Source: Anaerolineales bacterium UBA2181
GTDB taxonomy: Bacteria > Chloroflexota > Anaerolineae > Promineifilales > UBA4811
Length of the DNA stretch: 64,000 nucleotides
NCBI GenBank assembly: GCA_002328075.1
Contig: DCVT01000022.1
Location: 77,622 to 141,621 of the forward strand
Direction: 5' to 3'
The position numbers were made by a program, and so were the translations under genes. Below the pieces are notes generated by a model. That model searched no databases, was not told where the DNA came from, and saw only the letters and a list, made by a program, of their open reading frames with translations. Shown one piece after another: positions 1-9,788 of the stretch (within the stretch, counting starts at the first letter, position 1; each line of letters begins with the position of its first letter).

Positions 1-103
1 ATCCGACAGCCACGGGAGTTTCGCCGGGCGCCAATTGGGTCACCCGAGCATCGTGCTCTCGGATCTGAGGCTGGGTCCGCTGGCGGATTTGATCAGCAGC
101 TAG
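1..103 (+). CDS. 3' end of a probable PHP-domain phosphoesterase (partial, runs off the window start)
   Basis: The frame starting at base 2 reads SDSHGSFAGRQLGHPSIVLSDLRLGPLADLISS with TAG at 101-103. SDxHG...LG resembles the C-terminal PHP-family motif. Confidence 0.45.
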   Translation, partial: SDSHGSFAGRQLGHPSIVLSDLRLGPLADLISS

Positions 104-279
104 GGTCCAGGCCAACCGGGTCAGGCGTCGCTGCGCCTTGGCCGCTGCAGACCCTCACGTCAGATGCGCGATGTCCGGTTCCAGGTTCTATGGGTGGGTC
201 GCTCCGCATTCGTGTCGTGGGTCCCAGGCCGGGCGCCTGCCAGAGGTTCCTGTCTTTACGCTGTTCCGGTGCAGTTAAC

Positions 280-687
280 CTAGCTGCCCTGGCTATTTGG
301 CTCTGGGTACGGGGTGGGCGGCGGCCAGGTTGGAAACGGGTAGGGCAACGGGGTCTGGTTATCCGGGTACTGGAGCGGCGGCGGATAGGGTGCCAGGGTC
401 GCGGCGTGAGATGGCGAGGGCGGCAGGGGCGATTGAGTCTGAATCGGCGCGCTGGTCAAATCCCGCATGGGAGTGGGTGTTGTTGTCGGGGGCAGCGCGG
501 TGGACCGGAGAGCATCAAGGGTGGCTGTCATCCCGACAGCAGGGGTGGAAATGGATGGGGAGGGCAACAGCTCTGTCTCGCGGCTGTCTTTGCCCGAGAG
601 ACCCAATGCAATTGCGCCCAACAACGCAATGCTGGTGACCACCAGGCCAAAGGGGGCCCATCGCCGGGGCGATGATGCGGGCTTCAC
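280..687 (-). CDS. Membrane-anchored Pro/Thr/Tyr-rich hypothetical protein
   Basis: One hydrophobic helix (FGLVVTSIALLGAIALGL) is followed by a low-complexity tail with YP repeats. I chose GTG 687 because the ORF-track start (741) overlaps the upstream gene. Confidence 0.6.
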   Translation of the reverse strand: MKPASSPRRWAPFGLVVTSIALLGAIALGLSGKDSRETELLPSPSISTPAVGMTATLDALRSTALPPTTTPTPMRDLTSAPIQTQSPLPPSPSHAATLAPYPPPLQYPDNQTPLPYPFPTWPPPTPYPEPNSQGS

Positions 688-703
688 CGGCCGACCGTCC
701 GCG

Positions 704-1375
704 TTACTCGACAGCGGGGATGACGAGCTGCATTCCGGCATAGATGGCGTTCGGGTCAGAGATCCCGTTAGCCCGGGCTATGGTCTCCCAGCTCAGTCCG
801 TACTGGAGCCCGATGCGGAACAGATTCTCGCCTAGCTGTACGATGTGGATGGTCTGCTCAGACGGCAACTTGTCTTCCTCGACCTCAGAAGGGATCAGGA
901 GCACCTGCCCGGCGTAGATCGAGTCCGCGTTGGCCAGACCGTTGACTTGCAGCAAGAGCTCCCAGCTCAGGCCGTACAGGAGTCCAATTCGAAACAGATT
1001 CTCGCCCGGTTGAACCGTGTGGTAGACGTACACTGCGGAGGCTTCAGCCGTGGACTCTACAATTGGTGTTTCGGTCGGTTCAGGTTCTGGTTCCGGAGTG
1101 ACTTCCGCGGGAACCGGGCTCGGAGGAGCTGTGGTCGCGGTCATCTGGACGACGGTAGGCTTGGGAAGGTTAGTCGTTGGTTGGGGCACCGCGGTCGCGA
1201 TCGCGACGTCTGCGGTTGGTTCTGTCGTCACAGTAGCTGCAGGCAGCGTGGCGGTTCGGACCTGCAGCGAGGTCGGCGTGGCGTCGCCTGCCTGGGTCGC
1301 CGGCCGATTGCACCCGGTCAGCGCCGCCAGCAGCAGGACTACAAGGGTTACGCGCGTGCATGCAATTCGGTTCAT
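704..1375 (-). CDS. LysM peptidoglycan-binding lipoprotein (2 LysM domains)
   Basis: Lipobox LAALTGC, Thr/Pro-rich linker, two repeats of HxVQxGENLFRIGLxYG...NGL/I...IYAG; RBS AGGAG. Confidence 0.9.
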   Translation of the reverse strand: MNRIACTRVTLVVLLLAALTGCNRPATQAGDATPTSLQVRTATLPAATVTTEPTADVAIATAVPQPTTNLPKPTVVQMTATTAPPSPVPAEVTPEPEPEPTETPIVESTAEASAVYVYHTVQPGENLFRIGLLYGLSWELLLQVNGLANADSIYAGQVLLIPSEVEEDKLPSEQTIHIVQLGENLFRIGLQYGLSWETIARANGISDPNAIYAGMQLVIPAVE

Positions 1376-1492
1376 CTCGACCCATCTCCTATCCTCGCCG
1401 ATGCGACCTGCCTGTGTTCATATCTCTTCGTTCCGTAGCCGACGGGTGTCCCTATTGCTGTCACCGGAACGGATCGACCTTTAGCCATTCAG

Positions 1493-1521
1493 AGTGTACT
1501 GGGAACAGCTAGGTATGTCAA
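1493..1521 (-). promoter_or_regulatory. Sigma70-type promoter for the LysM gene
   Basis: Minus strand TTGACA-17 bp-TACACT. Confidence 0.7.
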
Positions 1522-1746
1522 GTACGGCCGCCGGCGCGTCCCAAGGCTGTCGTTCGGCTCTTGCCGATCACGCCGTAGCCGGACGCTCACATCGGGCTCC
1601 GGCCAACAGGCCAGTAGGCCCGTGCCATGCCGGCTGCGCCATTGCTCATGCGGGGCGTTGTCCCGGCAGCCCGTTGGGTTATAATATGGCCGTCTGTGAC
1701 CCAACTGGCGGACCGGCGCGAACGGTCAGCCGATGGAGAGTGCGCG

Positions 1747-4194
1747 ATGGAAGTTGCAGCGACGAAAATCCGTGACCTGCCTTCTGAACGGCGGTTGCCA
1801 ACCGGTACCGTTTTTCGTCATCCTGAGACCGCCCGGCCCACCGGCCGGGTGGCACTCGGCGTGGCGCGCAACCAGCAGGTGACCCCCGAGCTGTTTCACT
1901 ACCGCGCGGTTTCGGCTACCGAGAGCTATCGAGAGACCGAGGGGCAGCCGCTGTACACCCGCCGCGCTCACATGTTGGAGCGCGTCCTGGCCCAACAACC
2001 GGTTCTCATCCAGGAGGGTGAGCTGATCGTCGGGCTCAAGACTGCCAAGCCACGCGGCTCGCCGGTCTTTCCCGAGATCAACTGTGCCTGGGTAGAGCGT
2101 GACCTGGACATCTTGTCGATCCGACGAAACACTCCCTTTTACGTAAGCGATGAAACCAAACACATCCTGCGCCGGGAGGTGTTTCCATACTGGCGCGGCC
2201 GGCAGGTGATTGACCGTCTGCTGGAGGCCATACCGCCAGATGACGAGGCCCGCCGGGCGGATGCGCGCGGCGTATTGTACAATTACTTCTCGTCCCGGAC
2301 CATTGGCCACATTACCGTCAGCTACGCCAAGGTGCTCAATCGGGGGATGTCTGGAATCGTCGCCGATGTGGAGACCGCCCTCAAACGGTTGGAGATCCAC
2401 GACCCGCTTTACATTCACCGCCGGCAGTTCCTGGAGAGCGTGGCGCTGGCGTGCGAAGCGGTGGCCATGTTCGCCTGGCGGTATGCCGCCGAAGCGCGCC
2501 GCCTGGCGGCAATGGAGACCGATCCGACGCGCCAGGCCGAACTGGTAAAAATCGGCCTGGTCTGCGATCGTGTTCCCTTGGGTCCGGCGCGCACCTTTCA
2601 GGAGGCGCTTCAGTCCTTTTGGTTCACCCAGCTGGCGTTGAACCTGGAGACTGATGGTCACGCCATCTCACCCGGCCGCTTTGATCAGTATGTGTATCCC
2701 TTTCTGCGCCGCTGCCTGGATTCTGGTGACCTGAGCCCCGAACACGCTCAGGAGCTACTGGACCTGCTGTGGGTCAAACTGGACGAGATCACGCTGGCCA
2801 AGGATTCCGGCGAATCGGAAACCAGCAGTTCCTACCCCGAGTTTCAGAACCTCAACATCGGTGGACTCACGCCGGATGGACAGGATGCCACCAACCAGCT
2901 CTCTTACATGTGCCTGACCGCGTTGGAGCATGTCAGGCTGCCTCAACCCCAGCTTTCGGCGCAGATCAGCACCAAGACCCCGTGGAAGTTCCTGGTGCGG
3001 TGTTGCGAGTTATTGCGCTATGGCATGGGACTGCCCGCGATGTTTAACAGCGACAACATCGTGCTGAGCCTGGTGAGCCGGGGAGTGGATCTTAAGGAAG
3101 CCAGAGCGGGTAGCGTCAACGGCTGTGTCGCCTGCAACGTCGACGGCAAAGACCGGATGGCATCGTCTGGTTACCTCAACCTGGCCAAGTGCCTGGAGCT
3201 GGCCCTTAACAAGGGCGTGGATCATTTCAGTGGAGAGCAACTGGGTGCGGCCACCGGCGAACCGGGAACCTGGACGTCGTTTGATCAGGTGATAGAAGCG
3301 TTTGCCCTCCAGGTTGACCATTTCGTCCGGCTCAAGGTGCGGTATGACACCATCACGCGCGACATCTATGCTGCCTATTGCCCCGTCCCGCTGACCTCGG
3401 CGCTCATTGATGACTGCGTCAGCACGGCGACCGATTGGCATGCCGGCGGGTCGCGTTACAAAGAGGGAACACTCTCGGCAGTGGGCATTGGAACCGTCGC
3501 CGACTCGTTGTCCGGAATTCGGAAGCTGGTGTTTGAGGACAGGACCTGCTCCATGGTTGAGCTATGCCAGGCGTTGGACGCGGATTTCCTGGGGCATGAG
3601 GCTTTGCGTCAGACCCTGGTGGATCGGACCCCACATTATGGCAATGACCAGGAGGAACCCGACCAATTGGCGGCGCTAGCCCAACAGATCCTGCTGGAGG
3701 CGGTGGAAAAGCATCGCGATCCACAGGGCGGACCCTACGGCATCGACATGCTTCCGACCACCTCACACATCGCGCTGGGCGAACTCACCTGGGCTACGGC
3801 CGACGGTAGGCGTGCCCGGACGTGGCTCTCCGAGGGGGTGTCACCGGTGCAGGGTCACGACCGTCATGGCCCTACGGCGGCTGCCAAATCCGTTGCTCGA
3901 TTGGACCATGCGCGCACCAATGGCACCCTGCTCAACATGAAGATCAGTCCCCACTGCCTGCGGACGCGGGCTGACCTGCACAAGCTGGGGGCCCTCATTC
4001 GGGGTTACTTTGACCAGGGGGGTCATCACGTCCAATTCAACATCGTGGATGCTGATATGCTGCGGGACGCACAAAAGCGGCCGGAGGCCTACCGCAACCT
4101 GATTGTGCGGGTAGCTGGCTATTCCGACTATTTCGTGCTGCTGAGCCCAGCCATCCAGGAGGAGATCCTGGCCCGGACCGAGCACGGTCTGTGA
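1747..4194 (+). CDS. Glycyl radical enzyme (PFL2/dehydratase-like scaffold, atypical Cys loop)
   Basis: C-terminal LIVRVAGYS glycyl loop (4108-4125), ELIVG, ISPGRFDQY and QNLNIGG motifs, Cys loop NGCVAC (3121-3135). ATG 1747 follows GGAGAG, with a TATAAT near 1680. Confidence 0.93.
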   Translation: MEVAATKIRDLPSERRLPTGTVFRHPETARPTGRVALGVARNQQVTPELFHYRAVSATESYRETEGQPLYTRRAHMLERVLAQQPVLIQEGELIVGLKTAKPRGSPVFPEINCAWVERDLDILSIRRNTPFYVSDETKHILRREVFPYWRGRQVIDRLLEAIPPDDEARRADARGVLYNYFSSRTIGHITVSYAKVLNRGMSGIVADVETALKRLEIHDPLYIHRRQFLESVALACEAVAMFAWRYAAEARRLAAMETDPTRQAELVKIGLVCDRVPLGPARTFQEALQSFWFTQLALNLETDGHAISPGRFDQYVYPFLRRCLDSGDLSPEHAQELLDLLWVKLDEITLAKDSGESETSSSYPEFQNLNIGGLTPDGQDATNQLSYMCLTALEHVRLPQPQLSAQISTKTPWKFLVRCCELLRYGMGLPAMFNSDNIVLSLVSRGVDLKEARAGSVNGCVACNVDGKDRMASSGYLNLAKCLELALNKGVDHFSGEQLGAATGEPGTWTSFDQVIEAFALQVDHFVRLKVRYDTITRDIYAAYCPVPLTSALIDDCVSTATDWHAGGSRYKEGTLSAVGIGTVADSLSGIRKLVFEDRTCSMVELCQALDADFLGHEALRQTLVDRTPHYGNDQEEPDQLAALAQQILLEAVEKHRDPQGGPYGIDMLPTTSHIALGELTWATADGRRARTWLSEGVSPVQGHDRHGPTAAAKSVARLDHARTNGTLLNMKISPHCLRTRADLHKLGALIRGYFDQGGHHVQFNIVDADMLRDAQKRPEAYRNLIVRVAGYSDYFVLLSPAIQEEILARTEHGL

Positions 4195-5150
4195 GTACCG
4201 TGGCAACTGACGCGACCGCGGCCGAGATTCCTTTGGACGACATCTCTGGCTGTGTATGGGACATCAAACGCTTTGCGCTCCACGATGGCCCAGGAGTCCG
4301 CACCACCGTCTTTTTCAAGGGGTGCCGGATGCGTTGCCCCTGGTGCTGCAATCCCGAATCACAACGCCCGCGACCAGAGATAGCCTGGTTGCAGGACCGC
4401 TGCCTGGGTTGTGACCGCTGCCGAGAGAGCTGTCCGGTTGGAGCGGTGACGCTGGAGAACGGTGCGCGCCGAATTGACCCGGAGCTATGTGACCTTTGCG
4501 GGGCATGCCTGGCAGCCTGCCCGTCCGGTGCGCTGAACCAGGTAGGGCGGAGGGTAGCCGTACAGCAGGTGCTAGACGAGGTGATGCGCGATTCGGTCTT
4601 TTACCAGCGTTCGGGCGGCGGTCTGACGCTATCGGGCGGCGAACCGGCTTCGCAACCTGCATTTGCCGGGGAATTGCTGCGCCGGTACAAGGAACAAGAG
4701 TACGGCCTGCACACGGCGATAGAGACGGCGGGACACGTGGCTTGGGCTGAGCTCCAATCCCTGCTGGCGAATACTGATCTGGTTTTCTATGACCTCAAGA
4801 TTATGGACCCACAAGCCCACCGGCGTGCCACCGGAGTGGACAACGGGTTGATTCTAGAGAATGCGCGCCGGGTGGCCGGGTCCCATGTGCCCATGGTCAT
4901 CCGTCTCCCCGTAATCCCCGGCTACACCGACGACGAGGAAAACGTGGCTGCCATTGCCGCGTTCGTTGCCGGGCTGGGCGCGGTCAGGCAAATCGACCTG
5001 CTCCCCTATCACCGGCTAGGCGAGCCGAAATATGCTCGATTGGGCAGGGGTTACCCCCTCAGCGGAACCCACCAGCTGGACGCCTGGCAGCTGGAGCGCC
5101 TGGCCCAGGTGGTGAGCCAACACGGCCTGACGGTGCAAATCGGCGGATAA
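4191..5150 (+). CDS. GRE-activating radical SAM enzyme with 2x[4Fe-4S] ferredoxin insert
   Basis: HDGPGVRTTVFFKGCRMRCPWCCNPES (CxxxCxxC), two CxxCxxCxxxCP motifs, SGGEP, LLPYH; GTGA overlap with the GRE stop. Confidence 0.95.
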   Translation: MSTVATDATAAEIPLDDISGCVWDIKRFALHDGPGVRTTVFFKGCRMRCPWCCNPESQRPRPEIAWLQDRCLGCDRCRESCPVGAVTLENGARRIDPELCDLCGACLAACPSGALNQVGRRVAVQQVLDEVMRDSVFYQRSGGGLTLSGGEPASQPAFAGELLRRYKEQEYGLHTAIETAGHVAWAELQSLLANTDLVFYDLKIMDPQAHRRATGVDNGLILENARRVAGSHVPMVIRLPVIPGYTDDEENVAAIAAFVAGLGAVRQIDLLPYHRLGEPKYARLGRGYPLSGTHQLDAWQLERLAQVVSQHGLTVQIGG

Positions 5151-5219
5151 CGGCCGGTATCCTGGTGCCATACCCCGAACCGTCGACACGCAGCGGCCCA
5201 TCCTCAAGTTCAACGCCCG

Positions 5220-6026
5220 TCAGGGTCGCCGCGCCACCGTCAGTAGGCGCCCGCTCATCGTAACCATTGCCGGATCCTCGGAATACCGTTCGGCAATGGT
5301 CTGCATCGTCTCCCAGGTCTGCGATTGGTCAAGTACTGCCACGTCCTGGTCGGTGGGCAAGTAACCAAACAGCGGGCAGACGGCCCCCAACTGCAACACC
5401 TCCAATCCGGCGCCCTCTAGCAGGTCTGTCAGTTCCTGAGGCGTGAACCGATGGTCGGTCAGCCCGTCATTCCGGTCGTAGCGGCCGCTCTGCAACAATG
5501 CCAGAATACGACCCGCCTTGCCCTTCTGAACCAGGTCCAGCGCGGCGCGGTAGCGGTTGGCCACGTCACACATCACGTATCCGCTACGCCGGGTGACGCG
5601 GTGGAGCTCCTGAGCTGCGTCCTCCCGCTCCCGGCACAGGCTGAGGGCGCCGCCGACTGCCAAGACCAGGTCGAAAGACTCGTCCTCGAGGCCGTCCATG
5701 TCCGCCAGGTCCAGCACATGGTAGCCTCCTACCTGGTTGCCCCACCCTCGGCGCTCGATCCGCTGACGCACGTAACGGATCATCTCCACCGAGTTGTCCG
5801 CCAGCGACACCTGGTAGCCCAGCGGCGCCAACCGCATGACCCACCGGCCGGTGCCGCAACCTGCCTCGAGGATCCGGCCGCTGGCCATTGGCGGAAGCAG
5901 CGGTTCTATGACCTTCCAGCAGGTGGCCTCGTAAAGCTCATCAAACCGGCCGAATCGTTCCTTTGCTTCGTCAACGGAAAACGGCGTCGCCTGCGGGTCC
6001 CAGCTTTCACGCCACTCCAAACCCAT
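5220..6026 (-). CDS. Class I SAM-dependent methyltransferase
   Basis: Motif I ILEAGCGTGRW and ESFDLVL. Confidence 0.85.
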   Translation of the reverse strand: MGLEWRESWDPQATPFSVDEAKERFGRFDELYEATCWKVIEPLLPPMASGRILEAGCGTGRWVMRLAPLGYQVSLADNSVEMIRYVRQRIERRGWGNQVGGYHVLDLADMDGLEDESFDLVLAVGGALSLCREREDAAQELHRVTRRSGYVMCDVANRYRAALDLVQKGKAGRILALLQSGRYDRNDGLTDHRFTPQELTDLLEGAGLEVLQLGAVCPLFGYLPTDQDVAVLDQSQTWETMQTIAERYSEDPAMVTMSGRLLTVARRP

Positions 6027-6188
6027 CTGTGTCGTCCTCCATTCCGGTGAGCCGGCTGCTGCCGGAGGCTAACGGCGCCGTCAGGCAGACCGATCTCGGT
6101 GCGCCCGGGCCGGCAGCCCGTCCTAGCATCCCTCGCTCGCCTTTGCCGGGTGCCGCTGATGCTCTCTCAAAGGCGCCGGCCGTTCACC

Positions 6189-6821
6189 CTAACCATCAGC
6201 CACCAGTCCCAGCCCAGTCTCTTTGCGCGCCACCATCCGGATGCGCTCGACAGGACAGGCCGGAACACACAGGCCACACCCGTAACAGGCCCCGGACCGC
6301 ACGGTCAGGAGCCCATCGGTCAACTCCCGCGCCCCAAAGTAGCAGACCGCGACACACGCACCACAATCGTCGCAAGTCTCCCGATCGGTCTCGGCCACCA
6401 GGCTGCCTGGATCGCACACCTCGCACGGGTCGGCGAAATAGCCACAGCAATCGTCGCAGCAAAAACAGATGCCTTCGGTGAACCCTCTGGTCTCATCCCG
6501 GTACGGCCGGGCGACCAGGTGGCGCAGCCGGGCTTCTTTCAGAATAGCCAGTACTTCCTGCCTGTCTGCTCTATGCTTGCCTGACCCGCTGCCGGGATCG
6601 GACTCTGTAAACATCAAGCAGAGATCCATCCGCGACCGCTGGCAGCCGGCCGAACTCTCGCGGCAGCCGCAGTTGCACACCCAAAAGCCGGCGCCAGGTT
6701 GGGCCAACCGGACGGTCGATAACAAAGAGCCGTCGGGCTCCGGTTCCAGCGCCTGCGCCTGAATCAACTCCCAGGCCTGTTCGTGGGTACAGACGTAGTG
6801 CATCGGAGATTGGTTCATCAT
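6189..6821 (-). CDS. Cys-rich 4Fe-4S dicluster-domain protein
   Basis: CNCGCR and ICFCCDDCC, plus CDDCGACVAVC and CYGCGLCVPACP; RBS AGGAGA before ATG 6821. Confidence 0.85.
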   Translation of the reverse strand: MMNQSPMHYVCTHEQAWELIQAQALEPEPDGSLLSTVRLAQPGAGFWVCNCGCRESSAGCQRSRMDLCLMFTESDPGSGSGKHRADRQEVLAILKEARLRHLVARPYRDETRGFTEGICFCCDDCCGYFADPCEVCDPGSLVAETDRETCDDCGACVAVCYFGARELTDGLLTVRSGACYGCGLCVPACPVERIRMVARKETGLGLVADG

Positions 6822-7030
6822 CAGAATCTCTCCTGTTGGTCCACCGGTTGTGTGCCGCCCAGTTGGACGAGTATAGGCCCAATATCCGTGCCGGTCAACC
6901 CAGATTAGCCCGGCCGGACGCGCGCGATGGGCAAAGCCAAGCAATGGTTCGGTTATCGCGGCCGGCAACGTCTGGTACAATTGTGCACGGCCTCGGGACT
7001 TGTCCGAGGCCTGTTTACGTGAGTGCAAGC

Positions 7031-8110
7031 ATGAAACTCGGCATCATTGGTTTGCCCAACAGCACCAAGACCACGGTCTTTAATGCGCTGACAGGCAGTA
7101 ACCGCCCGGTGGGCAAACAGGTCACCGGAAAACTGGAGGCATTCACCGCCATGGTCGATGTGCCCGACCCTCGGGTGGATCAACTGGTGGCGCTGTTCAA
7201 ACCCCGCAAGACCACCTATGCCAAGGTCAGCTATGTGGATATTGCAGGGCTGGGCAAAGGGGTGGGGCGAGCCGGCCTCAGTGGGCCGTTCCGCAACCAG
7301 ATATCGGCGGTTGACGGTTTTGTCCAAGTCACGCGGGATTTCGCCGATCCCACCGTGCCTCATCCCGAAGGGAGCATCGATCCGGTCCGCGACGTCGCCA
7401 TCATGGATGCCGAGTTCCTGTTGGCGGACCTGGTCACGGTCGAGAACCGGCTGGAGCGGCTGGAGAAGGACATCCAGCGTGCGTCCAACCGCGACCGACC
7501 GGCGGTCGAGCTGGAGCTGGGGCTCTGGCCCCGACTGCAGCAAGCCCTGGAGGCAGAAATCCCCTTGCGGGACCTAGAGTTGACGCCGGCCGAACTGCGC
7601 GTCACCAGCGGCTATTCATTCCTCACCCTGAAACCCATGTTGATCCTGATCAACACCGGTGACCAGGACCAAAACCCGGAGCAGATCCTCACCTATCGCC
7701 ACGCCAACAGCGCGGTCGCCACTATCAAGGGTAAGCTGGAGATGGAGATCGCGCAACTTGGCGGTCCAGAGCGGCAGGATTTCCTCGAGGGATTTCAGAT
7801 CTCAGAACCTGGTCTGAACCGCGTCATTCGGATCTCGTACTCGCTCATCGGACTGCAGTCGTTCTTCACAGTGGGCGAGGACGAGGTTCGGGCGTGGACG
7901 CTCCGGCAGGGCGCGACCGCCGTCGAGGCGGCCGGCACCATACACAGCGACCTGGCCCACGGATTCATTCGGGCCGAGGTGGTCAACTATCTGGACCTGC
8001 TGCAGAGCGGCGGTCTTGCCGGGGCGCGAGCCGCCGGATTGGTACGTTTGGAGGGCAAGGAGTACCTGGTGCGGGATGGGGATATTGTTCACGTCCGGTT
8101 CAACGTCTGA
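7031..8110 (+). CDS. ychF: YchF/Ola1-family P-loop ATPase
   Basis: MKLGIIGLPN..KTT.FNALT, VPDPRV, DIAGL, FFTVGEDEVRAW, AAGTIHSDL..GFIRAEV and RLEGKEY.V.DGD motifs. Confidence 0.92.
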   Translation: MKLGIIGLPNSTKTTVFNALTGSNRPVGKQVTGKLEAFTAMVDVPDPRVDQLVALFKPRKTTYAKVSYVDIAGLGKGVGRAGLSGPFRNQISAVDGFVQVTRDFADPTVPHPEGSIDPVRDVAIMDAEFLLADLVTVENRLERLEKDIQRASNRDRPAVELELGLWPRLQQALEAEIPLRDLELTPAELRVTSGYSFLTLKPMLILINTGDQDQNPEQILTYRHANSAVATIKGKLEMEIAQLGGPERQDFLEGFQISEPGLNRVIRISYSLIGLQSFFTVGEDEVRAWTLRQGATAVEAAGTIHSDLAHGFIRAEVVNYLDLLQSGGLAGARAAGLVRLEGKEYLVRDGDIVHVRFNV

Positions 8111-8354
8111 AGCAACCCTCCGCCGACTCGCGGGCGCCCGGCCCGTTCTGGGTGCACGCCACGCTGAACGCTGAACGCCCGGCGACGCAACCAGACGGCG
8201 CAGGCATTCTTGATCGCGGACTGCCTTCACCCTAACTGGCCGGAAATGCACCCGCGCGTCACTGCCTGATCTCGAACTCAAGCAAGGCGACCCGGGCCGC
8301 CGTTGCGGCCGGCGGGAGATATCGCGTGGCATGGAGCGGGCCGCAACCGATGGG

Positions 8355-9593
8355 TCAGCTGCCCGGCGCCCCCACGGCCAATTCCGATCCCGGCCTGCGG
8401 CCGGCTCTGACGGCCAGTACTGCGAAACCCAGGGTGCTGGCCAATCCAAACATACCGCCACCGTACCACATGGCACGAGGACCCAGGGTGTCGCTTAGAA
8501 CGCCACCTGAAACCGGACCCACGGCTGAAGCCAGGTACCAGGTCAGCGAATAGAGCCCCATATACCGGCCGCGCATGTCGGCCGGCGCCAGGTTGGCAAT
8601 GTAGGTCGAAGCCGTAGGCATGAGGATCAATTCGCCGACCGTGAGCACCACCATGCTGGCCCAAAAAGCCCAAAAACCGGCACCCAAGGCGACACTGCCC
8701 ACTCCCAAGGCATACAGCAGGGCGCCCAGCGCCATCATCCAAAGCGCCGGGTACCGTCTGGTGCGCCGAGTCACACCCATCTGAAACAGAACCACCATCA
8801 GGGCGTTGGTCATGGGGATAAATCCATATTGGCTTTCGGTCACCCCGTACTGCTGCTTGGCATATACGGCCTGAAGCAGCCACAGAATCGTGGTGGAGAC
8901 CATGACCAGGGTGAACGCGCCGGTAACCAGGACAAAGCGGGTGTCCCGGATGACCGCCAGGTAACCACCTAAGGGTTCTCGAGCGCGGCTCTTGGTTGGG
9001 CTGGCCTGAGGCAACGTTTCGCGAGCGAAAAGCAGGATGAGCAGACCAAAAATCACCATTCCGGCGGCGGCCAGGGCGAAGGTAGTGGCGTAGGAGCGGC
9101 TGGCGATGATGCCGCCCAGGGCAGGCCCGACGGCAATGCCCAGGTTGGAGCCCAACCTAAGGAGGGCATAGGCCTCATCTCGCCGGCCGGGCGGGATCAA
9201 GTCGGCCAACATGGCGTTCGAGCCCACCTCATACAATGGTCCGAAAGCACCCCGCACGGCCATCAGCAGAGCAAAATGCCAATAGTCGCGGGCCCAGATC
9301 AGCCCCAGAAAACCCAGCCCGGTGAACAGCAGGCTATTGACCATGACCCCTTTGCGGCCAGCGCGGTCAGCAATGGGGCCCACCACTAACGCGGCCAACA
9401 GGCCGGTCGCCGAGTTGATGGTCACCAGGCTGGTGACGCTGGCGAGGGGCAGCTCCAACTGCTCCACCATATAGACCACCAAGAACGGCCAGGTCATGCT
9501 CGCGCCCATCCGACTGATGATCATGCCGGCAAAGAAGAGCCAGACTTGGGCTGGAAATTGCCCCCACGTCGACCGAACGCGACTCCAGATCAC
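8355..9593 (-). CDS. MFS transporter
   Basis: About 12 TM helices, motif A GPIADRAGRK, APADMRGRYMG; GTG 9593 follows GGAGG. Confidence 0.9.
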   Translation of the reverse strand: MIWSRVRSTWGQFPAQVWLFFAGMIISRMGASMTWPFLVVYMVEQLELPLASVTSLVTINSATGLLAALVVGPIADRAGRKGVMVNSLLFTGLGFLGLIWARDYWHFALLMAVRGAFGPLYEVGSNAMLADLIPPGRRDEAYALLRLGSNLGIAVGPALGGIIASRSYATTFALAAAGMVIFGLLILLFARETLPQASPTKSRAREPLGGYLAVIRDTRFVLVTGAFTLVMVSTTILWLLQAVYAKQQYGVTESQYGFIPMTNALMVVLFQMGVTRRTRRYPALWMMALGALLYALGVGSVALGAGFWAFWASMVVLTVGELILMPTASTYIANLAPADMRGRYMGLYSLTWYLASAVGPVSGGVLSDTLGPRAMWYGGGMFGLASTLGFAVLAVRAGRRPGSELAVGAPGS

Positions 9594-9788
9594 CGAGCAA
9601 CCTCCGCTATCGAACAATCCGCAGAAACGTAGCGCGGACGACGTCGCCTGTCAATGTTGGTGGGCCGCCAACCAGCAAGTCGCTGCCGGGGTGGTCGGGG
9701 ATCGGAGTTCACGGTATCCTGCTTGCCACCTGGGGCTCGATGGCGTTGCAGCTGCCCGTTCCCACTGCCCGTCTATCGCCGGTACCGG

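Noticed and set aside
1-190. Minus-strand frame with an in-frame TGA (155-157) as a possible selenoprotein
   Set aside because: A TAG lies just upstream with no start codon, and the plus-strand PHP-like C-terminus explains the region better.
1747-4194. Naming the GRE pflB, cutC, hypD or a diol dehydratase
   Set aside because: The Cys loop has neither CC nor CxE, and no pathway genes are adjacent.
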